From positions 117,304,001 through 117,368,000 of the forward strand of contig OX597818.1 in NCBI GenBank assembly GCA_951406725.2: DNA of 64,000 nucleotides, read 5' to 3'. The notes beneath the pieces are model-generated. The model did not search any database. It was not told where the DNA came from and saw only the letters and a list, made by a program, of their open reading frames with translations. Numbering within the stretch: position 1 is the stretch's first letter; each line of letters starts with the position of its first letter. Shown piece by piece: positions 41,027-56,058 of the stretch. This DNA comes from Octopus vulgaris (taxonomy: Eukaryota). A program made the translations under genes and the position numbers.

Positions 41027-41496
41027 TAATAATAATGATAGTAATGATAATAATAATAATAATAATGATAATAATAATAATAATAATAATAAGCAAAAAA
41101 AAATACCAAGCGTAGAATGACTCTGAGAACAATAATGAGAGAACCAGAAAATAGCTTGAAAATATACGAAGTCATTATGGCGTTTTATTTTTAAGATTAC
41201 AACTTTCAATTTTTCTTCTTTTTAACAAAGCTTCTTCTATTTGAGTTGTGTATTTTTTCTCATTTCCATTCTATTTATATTGAGAATTGTTGTTTCTTTC
41301 TAGGGTTGCTTTAAACTATATTTTTCCTATTGCTCTTGTTTAGGCTCTTCTTGTTACAGTCTATATATTTTGTCATTTTATTATTTGCTCAATTCTAAAC
41401 TTATCTTTTTTTTTACTTTCGTGTGTATGTGCGAACGTATGTATACGTACACACACTGACACGCGCATATACATATGTATTTCACTATGTATGTGC

Positions 41497-41599
<103 letters not shown>

Positions 41600-41675
41600 T
41601 GCATATATATTTGTGTGCATGCTTGTGTGTGTCTATGTATCTATCTATCTATATATGTGTATATGTATATATATG

Positions 41676-41722
<47 letters not shown>

Positions 41723-41791
41723 CTATGTATCTATATATCTATATATGTGTATATGTATATATATATGTGTATATATATATATATATATATT

Positions 41792-41879
<88 letters not shown>

Positions 41880-42412
41880 TGTTTATTATTTCTCTCAGCT
41901 GTTAAGATTCTTCTCGTCTTTCAAGTCTGAGAAAAATGAGAAAACACAAATACACACACACAGACACACAACACACACATACAAACATATACACATACAC
42001 ACACACACACGCATTGTATATGCACACACATTTTCTCTTTATCTATATGAAGTGAATGCATATGCGTATGAAAATAATTGCATATATAGCCTGCACATGG
42101 CTTGTGTAGACATTGTTTCCAAATATGTCAGGAGAATGTACGACTGTATGTGTATGTGTGAGAGAGAGTATGTGTGTCTGTGTGTGTGTGTAAGGGAGCG
42201 TGTATGTACAAGTGTGTATATGCAAGTGTGATGGACTACAAGTATTTGTTTTTGTGGATGTATGTTAATGTTTCGTGTAAGATATTCTGTATTGACGCTT
42301 GAATTTGTTTATTTTATTTAATAAAACGTCTAATAATATTAGGCACAAACACATGCATATATAATGCATACACAGACACAGAAATGCACACGCACTGACA
42401 TACACGTTCACA

Positions 42413-42476
<64 letters not shown>

Positions 42477-42497
42477 TACACATATATATATACATAC

Positions 42498-42565
<68 letters not shown>

Positions 42566-43589
42566 TGACATATATATATTTATGTATGTATATATGTATT
42601 TGAGACGGCTTCAAAGTGTAAGAATGTAGTCGAGTAGCCTCTGAGTATGCGAGTGAGTGCTTACACATGGCTACGATTAGATTTTAGAGTATATATACTT
42701 ATATGCTCGCGTGCACACACACAAATATATATACATATGTGTGTGTGTGTGAGCACGTCTCTGTGCGTTTGTGCGTGTGTATGTATGTATGTATTTCTCT
42801 CTCTGTCTATATATATATATATATATTTATATTAACAGTAAGATAGATAGATAGATAGAAAGATAGATATATGAAGAAAGTCAAATCATATTCAAATTTC
42901 TATTTGTTATGAAAGCAAATCGTAACCGACAGCACCACATAGCGCAGGACGTTTACTCTGATTCGCAACAGCCTCTCCTAGCGTCATTTCTGCTTCCCTA
43001 CGATGTGTGGACAACGCCTATGATGAAACTGGTGCCAAATTGCATTAGCTATCGACTTTCTCTAGGGATATATATCTGGCATGGATTGGGGAGACTTTCA
43101 TGTATGTGCAAATGTTGGCCTGCCGCTTATTGGGGAACATTTCAGTTTGAAATACACCTTATCGTCCGAAGTATTATTTTGATGAGTAAATTAAACGTAA
43201 ATTATAAATGATGCACATGCTTTCGATTGATTGTTCATTAATCCCGAAGTAGACCACGAGATGGACCTAAATTACATATATACTGAGTGTAAGGGTTAAA
43301 TTTGATGAATTTCTTAAAGACTCCTTTTTTATTTACGGACAGCTTGCGGCAATGGTAAACATTCAGTGGCGTTGGAAAGCATAAAGATTATGGTTGTAAT
43401 TAACAAAAAAATGTTAGCTGACGTGGATGACTAGAAGCTATATGAATAGTGGGAAAGAGTGACACAAATCTTATTGATACGCGCCGGGTGTCAAAATGCC
43501 GACATTATGATTTGTTACGTGGACATTGAAAGGGCTGTAAAATGTGACGTGAGCAGCTGCAACGGAGGCTATGAAGCAGTGGTCAGCAA

Positions 43590-44430
43590 GAACTGACACA
43601 GCAGGCGTTCTGGCTGCCTCTGCACGCATTAAGGGGTGTCTGAGGCGCAGTTCAGCCGGGTGTGTGAATCTGCTGGGGACAGTGCTCAAACTTTGGCTAG
43701 AGAAGGTTCCTCTATGGCGGCACGATTCAGTTTCTGGTCATAACTCCAGAGAGGAGTTAGAAGTCGTTGCCGGAGAATTACTTACGATTTTACCAGGCGT
43801 ATGAGTGGCTCTGTGGTAAGTAGTTTGCTTCCGAACCACGTGGATCCGGGTTCAGTCCCACTGCGTGGCACCTTGGGCAAGTGTCTTCTACTATAGCCTC
43901 GGGACGACCAAAGCCTTGTGAGTGAGATTTGGTAGGCGGAAACTGAAAGAAACCCGTCGTATATATGTATATATATGTATTATGTGTGTGTGTATATGTT
44001 TGGGTGTCTGTGTTTGTTGCCCCAACATCGCTTTTCAGCCGATGGTGGTGTGTTTGCGTCCCCGTAACTTAGCGGTTCGGCAAATGAAACCGATACAATA
44101 AGTACAATAAGACCGATACAATAGGCTTACAAAGAATAAGTCCTGGGGTCGATTTGCTCGACTAAAAGGCAGTGCTTCAGCGTGGCCTTAGTCAAACGAC
44201 TGAAACAAGTAAAAGCCCCAATTTTTGGCCTCCTTACTCACCCAATTCGAATTCTATGGATTGCTGTGCGTCAAAGACATCAACTGCTCTGCCTGCAACA
44301 CCAATGCTGAGCTGGCGATCATGATCAGGGATGGGTGTTGAATGATCTTTCAAGGAACACAGTCAGGAACGCATTCACCACGTTCTGGATTCAGGCCGTG
44401 GTGGAAGATGGGGTCGACATGTTCACTAAT
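43590..44430 (+). mobile_element. Tc1/mariner transposase C-terminal remnant interrupted by a SINE at 43796-44215
   Basis: VNLLGTVLKLWLEKV...WRHDSVSGHNS...DFT lies before the SINE and resumes after it as PNFWPPYSPNSNSMD...CNTNAEL...AVVEDG. These match the WQQDSAP.H and WPP.SPDLNP.D motifs. Confidence 0.75.
43796..44215 (+). mobile_element. SINE family A, full length, inserted in a mariner remnant
   Basis: A box tggctctgtgg, B box gggttcagtccc, tail gactgaaacaagtaaaag. Confidence 0.9.
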
Positions 44431-44484
44431 TTTTTCTCTCGTTTATAATACATATATATTTTTTCTTTTCCTTTAGTCCGAACA

Positions 44485-44539
<55 letters not shown>

Positions 44540-44951
44540 TGCGTGCGTGTGTTCTGGAATCATCGGGAATACATAATGAAATGACATGAACAATGTTATG
44601 AAGTCAGCTTAGGTAAACCAAGATGCCTGTGCAACAGGTAGTTTGACCCCTAGAAGGCATAGCACTTCATGAACTAACGCTAACTGGACACAAATCGGGT
44701 ATATGATTGTTAAAAAACTCTGTTAACATAATGACCCCGTAAAACAGTGAGGGTTCCAGAAAACATTGAGAGTTCCTTCTCACATAATAGTACTTAAATT
44801 ATTGAAAATACACTCTAAATCGAATGTCGTTTACATTTTTTTTCAATTGTGAATTCTAATTTAAATAAATCTACTTCTTTAATTTAACCGGTTTTATATC
44901 ATTATTATTATTATTAATAATAATATTGTTATTGTCACTATTTATTATTAA

Positions 44952-44997
<46 letters not shown>

Positions 44998-45009
44998 GTT
45001 ATTATTATC

Positions 45010-45208
45010 AACATCGTTAGCACGCTGGATGAAATGCTTAGCGGTATTTCGCCTGTTGCTACATTCTGAGTTGAAATTTCACCGAGGTCGCTTTTAGCTT
45101 TCATTCCTTAGGGGGTCGATAAATTAAGTACCTGTTCAATACTGGGGTCGATGTAATCGACTAATCCCTTCCCCCAAAATTGCATCCCTTGTAGCCAAAT
45201 TTGGAACC
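45010..45208 (+). mobile_element. SINE family B between (ATT)n/(AAT)n runs
   Basis: cgttagcacgctgg...ggggtcgataaattaagtacc...ccccaaaattg. Confidence 0.8.
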
Positions 45209-45224
45209 ATAATAATAATAATAA

Positions 45225-45327
<103 letters not shown>

Positions 45328-46746
45328 CATCATTATTATTATTATATGTGATATGATGTAGCCGTGCGTGCTTCTATTGATTGACATTATTTTCTATTGA
45401 CACTACATAGAATTATATCAATAGAGATTTTCTAACGAGAGGATATAAGAGTTTATTTATTTGCAATTATTGTTCCTTGTGTGGAATAAAAAAGTACACA
45501 TTAGCAAAGAAAAATGTTCGTTCCCACCTATCATGTAAAATATAATTGCTACAGCTTTAAAAAAAATACGCCCCCGCAAAAAAATTGTAACAAAGGCATT
45601 CACGTCTTTGGAGACCGTAGACAACAAAAATATAACTAATTTAACTCCACAAAGAAATGTAGTTATTTCTCGAGAAAAAATAATGATTTTTATGATAGAA
45701 AATACAAAAATTAAAATAGACATTCGTCGCGATAAGCCAAACAATAACAAAAACAAGAATATGAATAACAATACAGAGTCAAAGAAGCGCTCCCTTTGCC
45801 AAACGACAATTACACGATCACACCCACACAAGCACATACACACAAACACATACAGATACACATATATACGCGCACATACACATACATGCACACGCACGCA
45901 TATGCACACATACTCATAACCACCTCCGCTTAGAGTCGTCTCAGCAAGAAATGGAATGACTGAGAAACTGGCAAAAAAAAATAACAAGCAAAAAACAGAA
46001 TAACCCTTTCTAAACTTCCATTTTAACGAACTAACTTAATCGGGTGTATCTTAGGAATTATATGGTGGTGAAAAAGTCTGACTGGAAGGATTGCGTAATA
46101 AAGACAAGTGCATCAGTATCTTTGTCCCATATCTTGAAGGATATCGAATATGTTTTCGTGCCCGCAAGAGAAACCGTAGGCAAGTTCAGTCAAATTTGAG
46201 AATACTATATCCTTAAATAATTGAAGAAGTTTTTATAGATCTGTATGAGTTATATTCAAACTCGGGGACGAGTTAGTGCCTTACATTCTTATCCTGAAAC
46301 TCATAGGCCATGACAACGGGCGGTGATGCTAGCTCTTAGATTGTCAGTATTGTGATGTAGGAAGTGAAGGCAGCAACAATTGAAGTGACCAACACTATAT
46401 GCACTCTGCTGGAATATATACGAATATGCAATGTCCGATTAGCTATGAAGACCATAGAGAAATTCTATAGGTATTACATGCCATGGATGCAGCAAAATTA
46501 GGCCAGTGATGTGTGTATGTGTGTTTGTAAGTGTCTATATGCATGCGAGTGTCTGTGAGAGTGTACGTGTATATGTATATGGTAGTTGAATTCCAAATGA
46601 TATATTTTAACTATAATTTGATTTTCAAAATTCTAGAAAAAGCGATGACATCTTCTTGGGAAAGAATGAATACGTGTTCAGGTCGCCATTACATGACTGA
46701 AACCGGTAAAAGAATAAGTAGATGCACACAGACTCTCTCTCTCACA

Positions 46747-46798
<52 letters not shown>

Positions 46799-46871
46799 GA
46801 TATATGTAAATTTGTATATGCATATATATATATGTACATATTTACATGCATGTATGCATATGTATATATAT

Positions 46872-47097
46872 ATTTCGTTACTACCCACAAGGACTAAACA
46901 TAGAGGGGACAAACAAACAAGGACAGACAAAGGGATTAAGTCGATTACATCGACCCCAGTGTGAAACTGGTACTTTATTTATCGACCCCGAAAGGATGAA
47001 AGGCAAAGTCGACCTCGGCAGAATTTGAACTCAGACTGACGAAATACCGCTAAGCATTTCACCCGGCGCGCTACCGTTTCTGCCAGCTCGTCGCCTT
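46872..47097 (-). mobile_element. SINE family B monomer
   Basis: Reverse complement of 57413-57643. Confidence 0.85.
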
Positions 47098-47102
47098 CAT
47101 GC

Positions 47103-47201
<99 letters not shown>

Positions 47202-47659
47202 CCCCCCTGTAACTTTACTCACGTGAGTGAGTGTTTACCTTAGGTATCGGTTTCATAAAGGAAGTAATTACTGTGTTGACAATAGAAACGAGCAAGCTGC
47301 AATATGAAAGCTATTGATTTCATTTTCTTAAAGACTTAGGATGAAACGATTCCAATACTGAGTTGCGTCCATTGAAAACCTGAAAGAAAACACGGTCGCA
47401 TTGGAGAATACACGTTCTTTGGCTTGAAGTTATACAATCCTCTGTGTGGTGAGTGGGCGAGTCATCGAGAACACGTTCTATGAGTTCATGGTAAAATGCG
47501 ATCAGTGAGTTAACCATAATAATTTAACAATAAATTGAAACCACATGATAATCACAGCTTTTAGATTGGCGTTTGAAAACGACTCTGAAGTAGACGAACA
47601 GTGAGTATTAGCCGTTGCTTAAAAGGGATATGTGACAAAACATGAAACTTTGCACTCAC

Positions 47660-47786
47660 CTTCGGGGAACGCGGGATCTTCGTAACTTTTGAAAGGAAAT
47701 TCCTCGTAGTCGATATATCGTCCCCCGGTAGTAGCGCAAAGCATATGGAATATGCAGCACCAGAAAATTACCAACAAGTGTCGCAT
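47660..47786 (-). CDS. Probable first coding exon of a secreted protein (signal peptide)
   Basis: Minus strand: acceptor ttttttcttcgtttccag (AG 47790-47789), ATG at 47786, open frame MRHLLVIFWCCIFHMLCATTGGRYIDYEEFPFKSYEDPAFPE plus one base (G), then consensus donor GTGAGT at 47659. The basic-then-hydrophobic N-terminus is signal-peptide-like. The donor is phase 1. Too short for the ORF track. Confidence 0.7.
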
Positions 47787-47974
47787 ATCTGGAAACGAAG
47801 AAAAAAAGATTTGTAAAAACTAATAACGACAATGCTTAATTGCGGTGTTCTACCTCAGTAATACCTGAAGCTTTAAAGACATTAATTTGCGTGTTATAAT
47901 CATTTCAGTTTGTTTTAGAATAGAAATTCAACGAAAACCTTAAGTGACACTGATGTTAAATGTTTAGGAGTGAT

Positions 47975-48201
47975 TTAATTACGTTACCAGCCCGACTAAA
48001 ACCGGCTCTGGCTCTGTAGTACAAATGACTTGTTTTCATAAGTTCTGAATTAAAATCGTTCACCAAACCATAGTCAAAATTGATGTTCCTAACACTAGCT
48101 TAATGATAACTAAGTTATTTTACTAAATTCTTTGTTATATTTAAAATTACTTGAAAGGAACACAGAGCTTCTCAAAAGAAATATGGTCACAAAAGGGTTA
48201 A
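47975..48201. mobile_element. Probable piggyBac-type MITE
   Basis: TTAA at both ends. Right end ggtcacaaaaggg-TTAA, decayed left end TTAA-ttacgttacc. About 225 bp, non-coding. Confidence 0.45.
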
Positions 48202-49078
48202 AATATATGATAGAGAAACAATTCTTTAAAAAGTGAAGTTAGTGCATGAAGACTGTTTAAGTTGATAAAATGTCATTACTAAAATACTTCCAAGAAGGAC
48301 GTATTGAACCCATCAACGCTATGCTAGGAATCACAAGAAGAGGACAAGCAATTCCAGCATCGACCGGGAACCCTATTATTTCAATGTTGAGGTCACTTAA
48401 TGACTTGCCTTCATATTCCGATGAAGTGAAGATACACGTTTAGGCTACTATATTTGGTAATCCCTTTTAGAACCACAACTTGCCCTCTATTTCTGCAGAT
48501 ATTAATCATATCTGATCTGCAATCTGCCTTGAATATGTATCATTAATTAGGTCTGACATGATCGATTCATGTTTGTTGCTTTCACCAGTTCTTATTATCC
48601 AAAACACTCATGGCTAACTGCGTTGTTTTGACAACAACAAAAATAAATGAAAGAGAGAAACGAAAGAGATGTTATTGAGTTAAATTCCCTTGTTTATCAC
48701 AATTTATATTTTACACAGTTTACAAGGTGCTTTTATCTATTAATTGCGATTTTAATCTCACTTAATCGAACTGCGTCGAACTAAGCTGGTACACGCATTG
48801 TGACGCCCTACTACACATACATACATATATACATACATACATACATTCATACATACATTCATACATACACGCATACATACATACACACATACATACATAC
48901 ACCCATACATACACACATACATACACACACAGATACCCACACACAGATACACACACACACCTACACACACACATATACACACACACACATACACACACAC
49001 ATACACACACACATACACACATGCATACATACATACATACACACATATATATACATACATATACATATATATACATAC

Positions 49079-49150
<72 letters not shown>

Positions 49151-49153
<3 letters not shown>

Positions 49154-49345
49154 TAATCCAAACTTGAAAACACAAGGAGAAAACACAACAATGCGAGGAC
49201 GTGGAACAAGTATAGTGTTATTGGACGCTCAGGAAAGAAAAGAAAGAAGGATGCCTTAACGTTTCGAGCGGAGCTCTTCGTCAGAAACATAGGAAAAGGA
49301 AAGATCCAAGGAAGGGAAAACGGAGAAAGAAAATCGCCAACGATA
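49151..49345 (-). mobile_element. Penelope-like pseudo-LTR module in (TA)n, with intact minimal hammerhead core
   Basis: Minus strand CTGACGA (49284-49278), a, stem II gagc/gctc, GAAAC (49265-49261), gtta. Same family as 15977-16188. Confidence 0.65.
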
Positions 49346-50315
49346 CACACGCGACACGCACATATATACACGTGTGTTTCTTTGTGTATATATACGTATA
49401 TGTATGTGTCCGTGCGTGTGTGTGTATGTGTGTCTGTGTGTTAGTACACACTTACACACATATAAGCTTATCAGCCTATTGAGAAAGAATGATTTTCCTT
49501 TTGTCTACCTTTTTATCAAAATGCTGTTTACTTATATTGCAAAACTAAATAATAAGCAACGCGATAAACATTACTTAGTATGAAGATTAGCAGAAAGAAC
49601 CGGCTCAAACTGTGTATAGACACGCTCTAAAATATCTAGGAAATCTGCAGAATTATGATTAGCAAATAATCTTTGTATTTTTTAATGTCTCGTTAATGCT
49701 CTCAACATTAAAATGAAGATTCGTTGCCATCACATCATTTAATCAGAATGGTCAAGAGATTCATTTTCTTTTATCTCTAAATTTAAAAGAGAGTTAGCAG
49801 CATCTCAAAAATATTTGAGTTTCTTCACTTTGAATATCTCTTTAAATTTGCATGCAGACTTATTTTGCAATGGATTAAAAAAAGAATTCCATTTTTCTGT
49901 TAAATGTTAGAGATCTATTTTTTGGTATTTTCAGATTTCTATTTTAAGCTCAATTGTCTTGAGTAACGTAAAAATAAAGAGAACACTTGTCATCTTCCCG
50001 CAAAGAAAATACTTTTTATACACTACACAATGAGAACTATAGTTACAGCATTCTAAAAAACACGGAATTTAAACATTTCATTAACTCTCGCATACCTAAT
50101 AATAATGATATTAATGTATCGATATGTGCATATGTAGTCAACAATCTTTACTTCTATCAATCTCATCACTTAGCAGCTCAAAAATCAGTGCCCATTAAAG
50201 GCAACAGTTTCATTCGTGTAATAATCTAGCTCAACAGTTAACGAAGGTCAAATATAAAGAATAGTTGAAATGGGAAGTATAAATCAATGGAAAAGAAAAC
50301 GACAGGTGGTTGTAT

Positions 50316-50849
50316 AATCTTTTCTACTCTAGGCACAAGGCCCGTAATTTTCGGGGGTGGGGGCCAGTCGATTAGATTGACCACAGTACGCAACTGGTAC
50401 GTAATTCATCGACCACGAAAGGTTGAAAGGCAAAGTCGACCTTGGCGGTATTTGAACTTACTTCTTTACTGCCCACAAGGGGCTACACACAGAGGGGACA
50501 AACAAGGACAGACAAACGGATTAAGTCGATTATATCGATCCCAGTACGCAACTGGTATGTAATTCATCGACCACGAACGGTTGAAAGGCAAAGTCGACCT
50601 TGGCGGAATTTGAACTTAATTCTTTACTGCCCACAAGGTGCTACACACAGAGGGGACAAACAAGGACAGACAAACGGATTAAGTCGATTATATAGACTCC
50701 AGTGCGTAACTGGTACTTATTTAATCGACCCCGAAAGGATGACACGCAAAGTCGACCTCGGCGGAATTTGAACTCAGAACGTAGCGGCTGACGAAATACC
50801 CCAAAGCATTTCGCCCGGCGTGCTAACGTTTCTGCCAACTCGCCGCCTT
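50316..50849 (-). mobile_element. SINE family B tandem trimer
   Basis: Units at about 50316-50458, 50459-50617 and 50618-50849. Confidence 0.9.
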
Positions 50850-51835
50850 CAGATAGTTGTATAATGAACAGATAAGAATGCCCATCAGGAACCTGGTGCG
50901 CAGTGCACAACGTGCAGAAAATTAGCAAACAAAATTTCCTACAAATCATACAATGTATAGACAACAGATCAAACTATGACGACTGGGAAACCATTCATAT
51001 TAGTTCTGAAACACTCTCTTGAATTAAACAGGAAGTTAAAACAGGGTATATAAATACCTCAACGTGTCACCATAGTAAATGATATAAATAATTTAGGAAA
51101 GGTTGAAGAATTGAAAACTTTTCTATACCCGTTATACATGTTTCTGGTTAATTTTTGTATTTATATTATTGTGGAGGTACACAACATTTCAGTAATGCAC
51201 AAAAGCTTCGTGCGAGGCTTCAAATTCAAGACAATTCGTCGCCATTAGTGTGTAGATCGAAAGATCTTGTTTCTATATTCTAATTAAATCCAACTCGGCC
51301 CTGCTGTAGCAATCTCTTTATGAACGAACTAGAACACATTTATCTATTTATTTAGAGCAGAAATGTCTTACCATGAACTAAATTACCGAATGTTTCTAGA
51401 TAAAACATGAAATATGAGTTTGTGAGAGATTTAACTTGCATTTCTTGAAGGGCACACGACAACATGAACTTTAATTTCTTGGCAGATACCTGGTGACCCC
51501 TGTCATCCACCACTCTCGTAGCTAAATACTACGTATGTTATTTACTGCTCTTGTACACCATAAATGACATTATCATATGTTGGGCCCTGAGGCTATAGTA
51601 GAAGACACTTGCCCAAGGTGCCACGCAGTGGGAATGGACTGTATATGTAGCTGTACATATCTGTATAAATAGCTGTATATATCTGTTAGAAATTTACTCC
51701 TTCCGTAGAGGAAGAATTTAAATAAAACCATGCATATATAATATCTATGTGTGTGTGTAAAATCATGTTTGTGTGTGTGCGAGCGCGTATGTGTGCATGT
51801 GTGTGTATGTGTGTGTATGTGTGTGTGTGTGTGTG

Positions 51836-51868
<33 letters not shown>

Positions 51869-52292
51869 TGTACATGTTTATGATTGAACTTTAGTTTCTG
51901 TGCGTGTGAACTAGCTTGTTGCTGCAGGTTGTAATGGATCTCGTGAGTAATGTTTGGCTGTGTTACCATAACTCTCTGCTAAAGTTCTTTAAACCTGCCT
52001 TCAACAAACGGTGTTTACCAAACGGTCTATCACATTTTATTTCAACCGCCGCCCACGCAGCTACTTTTACTATTTCAAACAAGTCAACCCTATCTACACT
52101 CTCTCACTCTTTCTCTGTCTCTGTCTCTCTTTCTCTCTCTCTCTCCCTCTCTCTCTCTCTCTCTTTCTCTGATTTTCATTTCTATCTCTTTTATTTTGTT
52201 TTGTTTCCACATATTTTCTCCTTCCCTGCTTTCACTAAAATATTTCTTGCAATTACACTCTTTGTTTCTCCAATTCTCTCTCTCTCTCACTA

Positions 52293-52408
<116 letters not shown>

Positions 52409-52423
52409 CTCTCTCTCTTTTAA

Positions 52424-52818
52424 TCTTTTACTTGTTTCAGTCATTTGACTGCGGCCATGCTGGAGCACCGCCTTTAATCGAGCAACTCGACCCCGGCACT
52501 TATTCCTTTGTAAGCCCAGTACTTATTCTATCGGTCTCTTTTGCCGAACCGCTAAGTAACGGGGACATAAACACACCAGCATCGGTTGTCAAGCAATGCT
52601 AGGAGGACAAACACACACACACAAACACACACACGCATACGCATATATATATATACATATATACGACGGGCTTCTTTCAGTTTCCGTCTACCAAATCCAC
52701 TCACAAGGCATTGGTCGGCCCGGGGCTATAGCAGAAGACACTTGGCCAAGATGCCACGCAGTGGGACTGAACCCAGAACCATGTGGTTGGTAAACAAGCT
52801 ACTTACCACACAGCCATT

Positions 52819-52821
<3 letters not shown>
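52424..52821 (-). mobile_element. SINE family A, full length
   Basis: Collinear with 13049-13453. Confidence 0.9.
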
Positions 52822-52873
<52 letters not shown>

Positions 52874-52986
52874 ATATATATATATATATATTACTAGATA
52901 GCTAGCTAGCTAGCTATCTAGCTGCCCAGCTAGGCAGTTGGCTAGCTAGTTATCTGTCAATCCATCTAATTACGTCTCATTGTCTG

Positions 52987-53054
<68 letters not shown>

Positions 53055-53289
53055 ACTGTCTATCGATCGATCGACCTAGCTATTAAGCCATCTCTACCAT
53101 TACCCTTCCGTCATCACCCTGTCTTTTGTTGTAAATATTCTCATCCCTTTTCTCTCTCCCTTTTTCCAATCCTTCACTTCATTCAACTCCCGCTGTTTAT
53201 TTTCTTCACATTTTCTCAGCAGCATCTCTGATATTTTAGCAACAATCTTCTCACACATCGAACTACACACACTCACACACACACACACT

Positions 53290-53364
<75 letters not shown>

Positions 53365-53366
53365 TT

Positions 53367-53515
53367 ATACGACAGGCGTGTTTCAGTTTCCATGTACCAA
53401 AACCACTCACAAGGATTTGGTCGGCCCGAGGCTATAGAAGACACCTGCCTGAGGTGCCATGCAATGGAACTGAACCCAGAATCAAGTGGTTGGTAAGCAA
53501 GCTACTTACCACACC
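53367..53515 (-). mobile_element. SINE family A, 5' half
   Basis: Head through the start of the internal microsatellite. Confidence 0.8.
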
Positions 53516-53959
53516 TATATATAATACATACATATATACATATATATACATACATACATACATACACACATACATACATACATAAAGAGCGAGATGTGGG
53601 AGAGAGAGATAGAGAGAAAGGAAGAGAGAGAAATAGAGAAAGAAAGATAGAGTGGGAGTAAAAGAGAGAGATCGAGAGAGGTAGAAATATAGTTAGATAG
53701 ATAGGTAGATAGATAGAGAGAGAGTGTGTGTGTGTGAGAGAGAGATGTGAGTGCTATACTCTGTTAGGTTACATTTTGGACTGTGAATCTAGCGAACAGA
53801 GATATTTCGGTGAAAACGTCTGTCGTCTTCAGCTATTTATATGTGTGTATATGTGTGTAGTATGACTGTCTGTGTGTTTGTGTGCATGTATGTGTATATG
53901 TGTGCGTGCGTGCGTATGTAGCTGTGTGTGTTTGTGTGTATATACTGGGGAAGACGCTT

Positions 53960-54101
53960 ACACAAATCGACCCCCAGAACAGCTTATTCTTTGTAAGCCT
54001 AGAACTTATTCTGTCGATCTCTCTTGACGAGCTGTGAAGTTACGGGGACATAAACATACCAACATCGGTTGTCCAGCGATGGAGGAGGTACAAACACATA
54101 G

Positions 54102-54147
<46 letters not shown>

Positions 54148-54310
54148 GACTGGCTTCTTTCAGTTTCCGTCTGCCAATTTCACTCACAAGGATTTAGTCG
54201 TTTCGTGGCTATAGTAGAAGACACTTGCCCAAGGTGTCACCCAGTAGGACTGAACACAGAACCACTTGGTTGAGAAGCATGCTTCTTACCACACAGCCAC
54301 TCCTGCGCCC
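53960..54310 (-). mobile_element. SINE family A, tail-truncated
   Basis: Head cttaccacacagccactcctgcgcc at 54285-54310. Confidence 0.8.
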
Positions 54311-54330
54311 ATAAACATGAATATATAAAG

Positions 54331-54411
<81 letters not shown>

Positions 54412-54479
54412 TATATTTTATTTATCTCATTTTACTTTATCTAGTTTCAGCTCACGAGCTGTGACCATGCTGGGGCACC

Positions 54480-54522
<43 letters not shown>

Positions 54523-55194
54523 TACGAAATCTATCTATTTCTGCTTATATATTTTTTTCTTTGTAACTCCTGTGTCTCTCTCACTTATACCCATCTCCCG
54601 TTCCTTCTCCTTATGTCTCTGTCTTTCACTCTCTCACCTTCTCTTTCTTTTTCTTTCATGCTCACACACACACACACACATGCACACACAGATACACGAA
54701 TGAATAGTCATACACACACACACACACACTCACGAACACACGCATACTCTTACTTCATTCTCCGAAAATAGTTAAGGAATGTACCGCTGAGAGTCCGCCT
54801 GTTTGCACATTCCAGACATAAGACAAGAATGTAACTGAAGAATTCTCACAATGTCTTGAAGCCCCGGTACCCGCTGCCCACCCGACTCCTACAAAAGGCT
54901 GCCATACTCTGCTTCTGCTTCAGCTTTATAAACGATCCACTTGTTGACTTTTCAATATTTTGTTGTTGCTATACATGTTGTTTTTGTAATGTTGTTTTCG
55001 TTGTTGCTGCTGTGATTTTGGAAATGGTTGCGATGACGACGACGACGATGATGATAATATTGATGATGAAAATGATGATGATGTTTTTGGTGGTGATGGC
55101 GGTAGTGGTACAGATGGTAGGAACAGGTAGCGTTAGTGCCAGTTGTTTTTATTTATTGTTATAAAACTATTTTATTGTTTTTATATTTTTCTTT

Positions 55195-55530
55195 TATCTT
55201 CTACGTGTTTCACTCATTAGAGTGCGGCCATCCTGGGGCATCACCTTGAAGAATTTCTTGTCGAAAGAATGGACCCCAGTACTTTTTTACTTGTTCTAGT
55301 CATATGACTGTGCCCATGGTGGAGCACCGCCTTTAGTCGAGCAAATCGACCCCAGGACTTATTCTTTGGAAGCCTAGTACTTATTCTATCGGTATCTTTT
55401 GCCGAACCACATGGTTCCGGGTTCAATGTCACTGCGTGGCTTCTTGAGCAAGTGTCTTCTATTGTAGCCTCGGGCCGATCAAAGCCGTGTGATTAGATTT
55501 GGTTATCAGAAACTGAAAGAAGCCTGTCGT
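55195..55530. mobile_element. Rearranged cluster of SINE family A pieces (two minus-strand tails fused to a plus-strand head)
   Basis: Orientation switch at gccgAACCacatgg, about 55405. Confidence 0.75.
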
Positions 55531-55556
55531 ATTTATGTATATGTATGTATATATAT

Positions 55557-56058
<502 letters not shown>

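Noticed and set aside
42910-43150. Possible decayed LINE AP-endonuclease traces (VISA, GDF..NVG); similar RT trace at about 48300-48440
   Set aside because: Only a few motif residues survive across frameshifts, too weak to call by eye.
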